Assembly (NCBI GenBank): GCA_006218035.1
Contig: VBWC01000010.1
Location: 75,572-139,571, forward strand
Length of the DNA: 64,000 nt
Reading direction: 5' to 3'
Source: Gammaproteobacteria bacterium
GTDB taxonomy: Bacteria > Pseudomonadota > Gammaproteobacteria > VBWC01
Under the pieces are notes generated by a model. That model did no database searches, was not told the DNA's origin, and saw only the letters and a program-made list of their open reading frames with translations. The number at the start of each line of letters is the position of its first letter. The stretch's first letter is position 1. Positions 59,391 through 64,000 of the stretch are shown in pieces. Position numbers and translations under genes: made by a program.

Positions 59391-60122
59391 ATGTCGATGA
59401 TAAGCTTTCGCCGCGCGACGGCGATGAAAGAAGGCGCCGGCGCCAACGTGAAACGCCTGATGCCGCTCCAGGGGTTCATGAATTTCGACCCGTTTGTTTT
59501 ATGGGACGACTTCAGCGTCGCACCTGGCGCGGGGTTTCCGACGCACCCACACCGTGGCTTCGAGGCAATTACCTATATGTTCGAGGGTACGATGCAGCAC
59601 AAGGACAACCTCGGCAATGAATCCACGGTCGGTGCCGGCGGGGCACAACGCTTTACCGCGGGCAGCGGTATCGAGCATTCGGAAATGCCGGCGCCGGACG
59701 GCGTCAGCCGCGGCATCCAGCTGTGGATCAACCTGCCACGCAGCAAGAAGGCCATCGCGCCGGACTATCAGCAGGTCGACGTCGATCAGTTCCCGGAGAC
59801 GCCCGTGCAAAGCGGCGCCATACGCACGATAGTCGGTGACGGTTCACCGCTGCGGCTGCATACGCCGGTCCGCTATCTTGACGTGCGTCTGCACAGCGGC
59901 GGCCATTACGAGGACACCGTGGAGAGCGGATACCGCGGCCTGATTTACCTCGCGGAGGGCACGATTCGTATCGGCGAAAGAACCCTGAACAGCGGCGAGT
60001 CATGTTTTGTCGAAGGACCGGACCGGATCGACATCACGGCGGTGGCGAGCGCACGGTTCATGGTATGCCTTGGCACACCGCACGGCGAACCAATCCGCCA
60101 GTGGGGTCCGTACGTCGATTGA
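59391..60122 (+). CDS. Pirin-family cupin protein
   Basis: 243 aa. HPHRGFEAITYMFEG and GIQLWINLP motifs. Confidence 0.75.
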   Translation: MSMISFRRATAMKEGAGANVKRLMPLQGFMNFDPFVLWDDFSVAPGAGFPTHPHRGFEAITYMFEGTMQHKDNLGNESTVGAGGAQRFTAGSGIEHSEMPAPDGVSRGIQLWINLPRSKKAIAPDYQQVDVDQFPETPVQSGAIRTIVGDGSPLRLHTPVRYLDVRLHSGGHYEDTVESGYRGLIYLAEGTIRIGERTLNSGESCFVEGPDRIDITAVASARFMVCLGTPHGEPIRQWGPYVD

Positions 60123-60400
60123 CAGATCAAGAAAATCCGGCGCAGACCGCGGCGGGAGACCGCCTCGATTCGGTCGCCTGAACGTGGGCGCGCGGACAGC
60201 GACATGACCGTTTCATAACTCCCCCCTGTCTGCTGGTACCGAAAGCGCATGTTTTTATGTGCCCGGAGAATAAAGCAGTTTTCGCGGCCTCAGGCCGGCA
60301 ATCTAACCTCATACGCCTTCAGGAACCTCACAATCGACCGATATCCCTGCGGTGGGGCTGCAATTGTTTCGTCCGTAAACTCAGACAGATATCGGATTTC

Positions 60401-62137
60401 ATGGACACAGCACGGATCACCTCCGGCAAAAGCGTCAATAGCATCAAGCCAGCCGATCTGCCGGCGCCGCCGCAGGCCGCGATCCAGATCGTGCACGCCT
60501 GCTCGGACGATAGCACCGACAGCAAGAAACTCGCGCGGCTCGCGGCCAGCGACATGGTGATCACCGCCGAGGTTCTGCGCGTCGCGAACTCACCATTCTT
60601 TGGCTACGGCTACGGCAAGAAAATCCAGTCGATTCCCCGCGCGGTGACCGTCATGGGACAACGCACGCTGCGCAATCTGGTGCTCTGCATCGCCGTGCGC
60701 GACGCGATCAAACAGGATTCGATTCCGGGTTTCGATATCAACGCCTACTGGGAAGACTCGTTGCGCCGCGCGGTGTGCGCCCGCCTGCTCGGCCGGGACG
60801 TGCGCCTCGACCACGATGAATGTTTTACCGCCGGTCTGTTGCAGGACTTCGGGCTGCTGGTGATGTTTTTCCTGCAACCCGACAAGGCGGCGATGTGGCC
60901 TGAAATGCGCCGCAAGAACCCGATGAGCCGCTACCAGATGGAAAAGCGGGTCTTCGGCAATACGCACGACAAGGTTGGACGCATGCTGGCCAAGGAATGG
61001 GGATTGCCGGCAGAACTGGGCGACGCGATCAGTAATCATCACGGCGCCGATGGCGACGCGCCGGACGAGACCCATACCCGGCTGTGCCGCCTTGCCTATT
61101 GTGTCGACTGGATGGCGGCCGTGTTCACGGCGGATGACAAGAGTGAAACACTGACACGTTGCCGCGACGCCATCACCAGGACCTTCGGCCTGGCCCCCGG
61201 CGTGGTCGAGAAACATTTAGACAATGTGCCGTCGCTGGTCGAGGAGGCCGCTACCGCGCTGGGACTGGGCGTTGGCAACCAGCTTAAATTCGCCGACGTG
61301 ATGCAGGAAGCGAATCTCAAGCTCGCCAGCGAGAACCTGAGTTATCAGGAACTGACACGGCAGCTCGAGGTCACGCTGGAGGAACGCGACCGCCTGGCCG
61401 CCGAACTGAATCGCGAAATCGCGCTGGCCCAGGAAATCCAGAAAAGTCTGCTGCCGCATCCGGACACGCCGGGACAATATATTACCGGCATCAATCTGCC
61501 GGCGCGCGAATTGTCCGGTGACTTCTATGACTTCTTCACGCTGCCCGACGGGCGCATGTATTTCAACCTCGGTGATGTTTCCGGCAAGGGCATTAATGCG
61601 GCGCTGTTGATGGCCAAGACCAGCAGTCTGTTCCGCTGCCTGGGCAAAACCGTCCACAGTCCTGGCAAGCTGTTGCAGCAGATCAATCGTGAGCTGTGCG
61701 AAACGACCACGCGCGGCATGTTTGTCGCGGTGACCGCCGGCCTGTACGACCCGGCGAACGGCACCGTCCGGCTGGTCAATGCCGGCAATCCGCCGGCGCT
61801 GCTGATCGGGCGCAATGGTACGCACAAGGCCTACAAGGCGGAATCGCCGCCGCTCGGCATCGATACCGACACCGCCTTCCCCGAATACGAATTCAATCTG
61901 TCAGACGACGGCCTGTACCTGTTTTCCGACGGAATCACCGAAGGCTTCATCGCCAAGGACGAGACGCTTGGCATCACGGGTCTGCTGACGCTTATTCTCG
62001 AGGTCGGCGCCAGGCCGGCACAGCAACGACTGGCGGCGATTGTCGACCGTATCCGCCGCTCGCCCGAGCCGTTACGCGACGACACGACGATACTGCTGGT
62101 GGAAAAACCGCATGACAACGGCGCTCGCACAGACTGA
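60401..62137 (+). CDS. HDOD-domain plus PP2C/SpoIIE-type serine phosphatase (RsbU-like)
   Basis: Start at ATG 60401 (MDTARITSG...). N-terminal HDOD-like domain. Coiled-coil linker. C-terminal PP2C domain (DFYDFF, GDVSGKG, FSDGITE). Confidence 0.65.
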   Translation: MDTARITSGKSVNSIKPADLPAPPQAAIQIVHACSDDSTDSKKLARLAASDMVITAEVLRVANSPFFGYGYGKKIQSIPRAVTVMGQRTLRNLVLCIAVRDAIKQDSIPGFDINAYWEDSLRRAVCARLLGRDVRLDHDECFTAGLLQDFGLLVMFFLQPDKAAMWPEMRRKNPMSRYQMEKRVFGNTHDKVGRMLAKEWGLPAELGDAISNHHGADGDAPDETHTRLCRLAYCVDWMAAVFTADDKSETLTRCRDAITRTFGLAPGVVEKHLDNVPSLVEEAATALGLGVGNQLKFADVMQEANLKLASENLSYQELTRQLEVTLEERDRLAAELNREIALAQEIQKSLLPHPDTPGQYITGINLPARELSGDFYDFFTLPDGRMYFNLGDVSGKGINAALLMAKTSSLFRCLGKTVHSPGKLLQQINRELCETTTRGMFVAVTAGLYDPANGTVRLVNAGNPPALLIGRNGTHKAYKAESPPLGIDTDTAFPEYEFNLSDDGLYLFSDGITEGFIAKDETLGITGLLTLILEVGARPAQQRLAAIVDRIRRSPEPLRDDTTILLVEKPHDNGARTD

Positions 62138-62531
62138 GATACGGTTTACGTCCCGGTCCGCGCAGCTGCACCGCGTGCGCGGCGAGATACGCTCGGCCTG
62201 CGAACAGTATCGGTGCTCCAGAGAGTGCATAGATCATATCGTGATCGCCGTGAACGAGGCCTGCATGAACGTTATCGAACATGCCTATGGCAAGGAATGC
62301 GATGCCGAAATCGTACTGAAAATATTCAAGGATGGCACGGCGCTGGTGTTTCATCTGATTGACCACGCCCGGCCGTCGGACCGTGACTGCCTCCGCCCGC
62401 AGGCCATAGACCTGTCGCGGCCCGGCGGCCTCGGCGTGCTGCTGATCAATGAGGTGATGGACGACGTACGCTTCCTCGCATGCGCGCACGCCGACGGCAA
62501 CGTGCTTGAGATGAGAAAAACGATCGAATAG
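62112..62531 (+). CDS. Anti-sigma regulatory factor Ser/Thr kinase (RsbW/SpoIIAB-like, HATPase_c)
   Basis: Start at ATG 62112. NEACMNVIEHAY N-box and GGLGVLLINEVMDDV G-box. Overlaps the PP2C gene by 26 nt. Confidence 0.6.
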   Translation: MTTALAQTEIRFTSRSAQLHRVRGEIRSACEQYRCSRECIDHIVIAVNEACMNVIEHAYGKECDAEIVLKIFKDGTALVFHLIDHARPSDRDCLRPQAIDLSRPGGLGVLLINEVMDDVRFLACAHADGNVLEMRKTIE

Positions 62532-62549
62532 GCAACGGGAGGCATATAT

Positions 62550-62885
62550 ATGGACTACAAGATACGTACCGAAGGACAATACACCGTGATCGCGCTGCGC
62601 GGCGACGTGGATCTGCATCACTCGCCGAAAGCGCGCGAGCAGATACTCAAATACCTGGGCGAGCAGTGCCATGTCATGGTCGATCTTGCCGACGTCGCGT
62701 ACATAGACAGCTCCGGGATCGCCAGCCTGATCGAGGGCTTCCAGCTCGCCAAACAGCACAAGCTACAGTTCGGCCTCGTCGGCGTCAGCGAACCGGCGAT
62801 GCAGGTGCTCAAGCTCGCTCGTCTCGACCGGGTTCTGCCTATCCATCAAACGATCAGCGGCATGGCGCCTGTTTCCATCCGGTAG
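62550..62885 (+). CDS. STAS-domain anti-sigma-factor antagonist (RsbV/SpoIIAA-like)
   Basis: 111 aa. YIDSSGIASL with the conserved phosphorylatable Ser. GGGAGG SD. Confidence 0.65.
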   Translation: MDYKIRTEGQYTVIALRGDVDLHHSPKAREQILKYLGEQCHVMVDLADVAYIDSSGIASLIEGFQLAKQHKLQFGLVGVSEPAMQVLKLARLDRVLPIHQTISGMAPVSIR

Positions 62886-62995
62886 CCGAACAGCGACGTA
62901 GCGACCGATCTTCCTGCGCGGCGTTCGACCCGCCGCTTGTGCTACCCCGGCCGGGGCCGGTAACATCGCATGAATTCATCGCGATAGCCGCACCC

Positions 62996-63805
62996 GTGAC
63001 CACCGACAACCCGCACGAACCCGCCATTGAAATACGCGATCTCGTCACCCACTACGGGGAACGCAAGGTCATCGACGGCCTTAACCTGGCGATATATCCG
63101 GGCGAGATCATGGCCATCATGGGCTTCAGCGGCTCCGGCAAAACGACACTGTTCCGGCAGATGCTCGGGCTTAAGAAACCCACCTCGGGATCGATACGCA
63201 TCCTCGGCAAGGACATCAACACACTCAACAGCAAGGATATGTATAACGTGCGGCGCCAGATCGGCGTCGCCTTCCAGGGCGGCGCGCTGTTCAGCTCGTT
63301 GACGGTCGCCGAGAACGTCGAACTGCCATTGCGCGAGCACACGAAACTCAACGACAAAACCATCGGCATCATGAGCCGGCTGAAGCTCGAGGTCGTCAAC
63401 CTGGCCGGTTGCGAAAACCTGAAGCCGTCGGAACTGTCGGGCGGCATGCTGAAACGCGTCGCGCTGGCACGCGCATTGATCATGGACCCGCGCCTGCTGT
63501 TTTTCGACGAACCCTCGGCCGGACTCGATCCGATCGTATCGGCGGAACTCGATGAGCTGATAATTCAGCTACGCAACGCAATGAAGATGACGATTGTGGT
63601 CATCACCCACGAACTGCACAGCGCATTCAAGATCGCCGACCGTATCACCATCATCGACAAGGGCGAGATCCTGATCACCGGCACCGTCGATGAAGTGCGC
63701 CACAGCCCCAATCCGCGCGTGCAGAACATGCTCAACCGAAAACCGCGCGAAGAGCGCGTCGACGCGGATGCCTATATGGATCGCTTAACCGGCGCGGCAC
63801 CGTAA
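62996..63805 (+). CDS. ABC transporter ATP-binding protein, MlaF-like
   Basis: Probable GTG start at 62996 (no in-frame ATG after the STAS stop). Walker A GFSGSGKTT, signature LSGGMLKRVALARAL, Walker B LLFFDEPSAGLD. About 269 aa. Confidence 0.65.
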   Translation: MTTDNPHEPAIEIRDLVTHYGERKVIDGLNLAIYPGEIMAIMGFSGSGKTTLFRQMLGLKKPTSGSIRILGKDINTLNSKDMYNVRRQIGVAFQGGALFSSLTVAENVELPLREHTKLNDKTIGIMSRLKLEVVNLAGCENLKPSELSGGMLKRVALARALIMDPRLLFFDEPSAGLDPIVSAELDELIIQLRNAMKMTIVVITHELHSAFKIADRITIIDKGEILITGTVDEVRHSPNPRVQNMLNRKPREERVDADAYMDRLTGAAP

Positions 63806-64000
63806 AAAAATCGCCGCAACACCCGCCTGCATCAGAATTCCACTACTACCACCGAACACCGATAACGGTTGGCCACCACCCGAAGCAGCCAATCCGATGT
63901 AGGGTGGGTGAACGTCTTTTCGCGTAACCCACCGGGCGTTGCGCAGCAACACAAGCCGGTTATTTAATTCAACAGCCACACTATTGCGCTCTGCAGCCCG

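Noticed and set aside
62666-62995. Track ORF start at 62666 for the MlaF-like gene
   Set aside because: The first 110 codons overlap the STAS gene in another frame and have no ABC motifs. The in-frame GTG at 62996 gives a standard ~269-aa ATPase.

Overview
High-GC (about 60-65%) proteobacterial chromosomal window. The left 15.5 kb is a minus-strand magnetosome (mamAB-type) operon, read in transcription order: mamI, mamE, a Lys/Ala/Pro-rich gene in the mamJ position, mamK, mamL, mamM, mamN, mamO, mamP, mamA, mamQ, mamR, mamB, and mamS truncated at the window start (mamT/U presumably lie beyond coordinate 1). No mamH is present. Instead a second MamA-like TPR paralog is transcribed divergently, followed by an fbpABC Fe(III) ABC transporter, a two-domain multicopper oxidase plus outer-membrane protein pair, an alpha-glucan phosphorylase, small DUF2934/SHOCT/DUF2933 proteins and a methyltransferase module bracketed by ~115-bp direct repeats. 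Next comes a copper/silver resistance island (lipoprotein cytochrome c, CopA-type P1B ATPase, Met-rich periplasmic proteins, YHS protein, CusCBA). The right third carries CbbR with divergent cbbL-cbbS-cbbQ-cbbO (form I RuBisCO with activase genes), TraB-family and LTA-synthase-family genes, a P2-type cation ATPase, ComFB and REC-GGDEF-EAL signalling genes, LysR-DoxX-pirin, an HDOD-PP2C/RsbW-like/STAS partner-switching module and an mlaF-like ABC ATPase. Many long ORFs in the supplied track that lie antisense to these genes are GC-driven artefacts. All protein identifications rest on my reading of motifs and family resemblance, not on database searches. The ORF track uses GTG/TTG starts, so several starts are uncertain.
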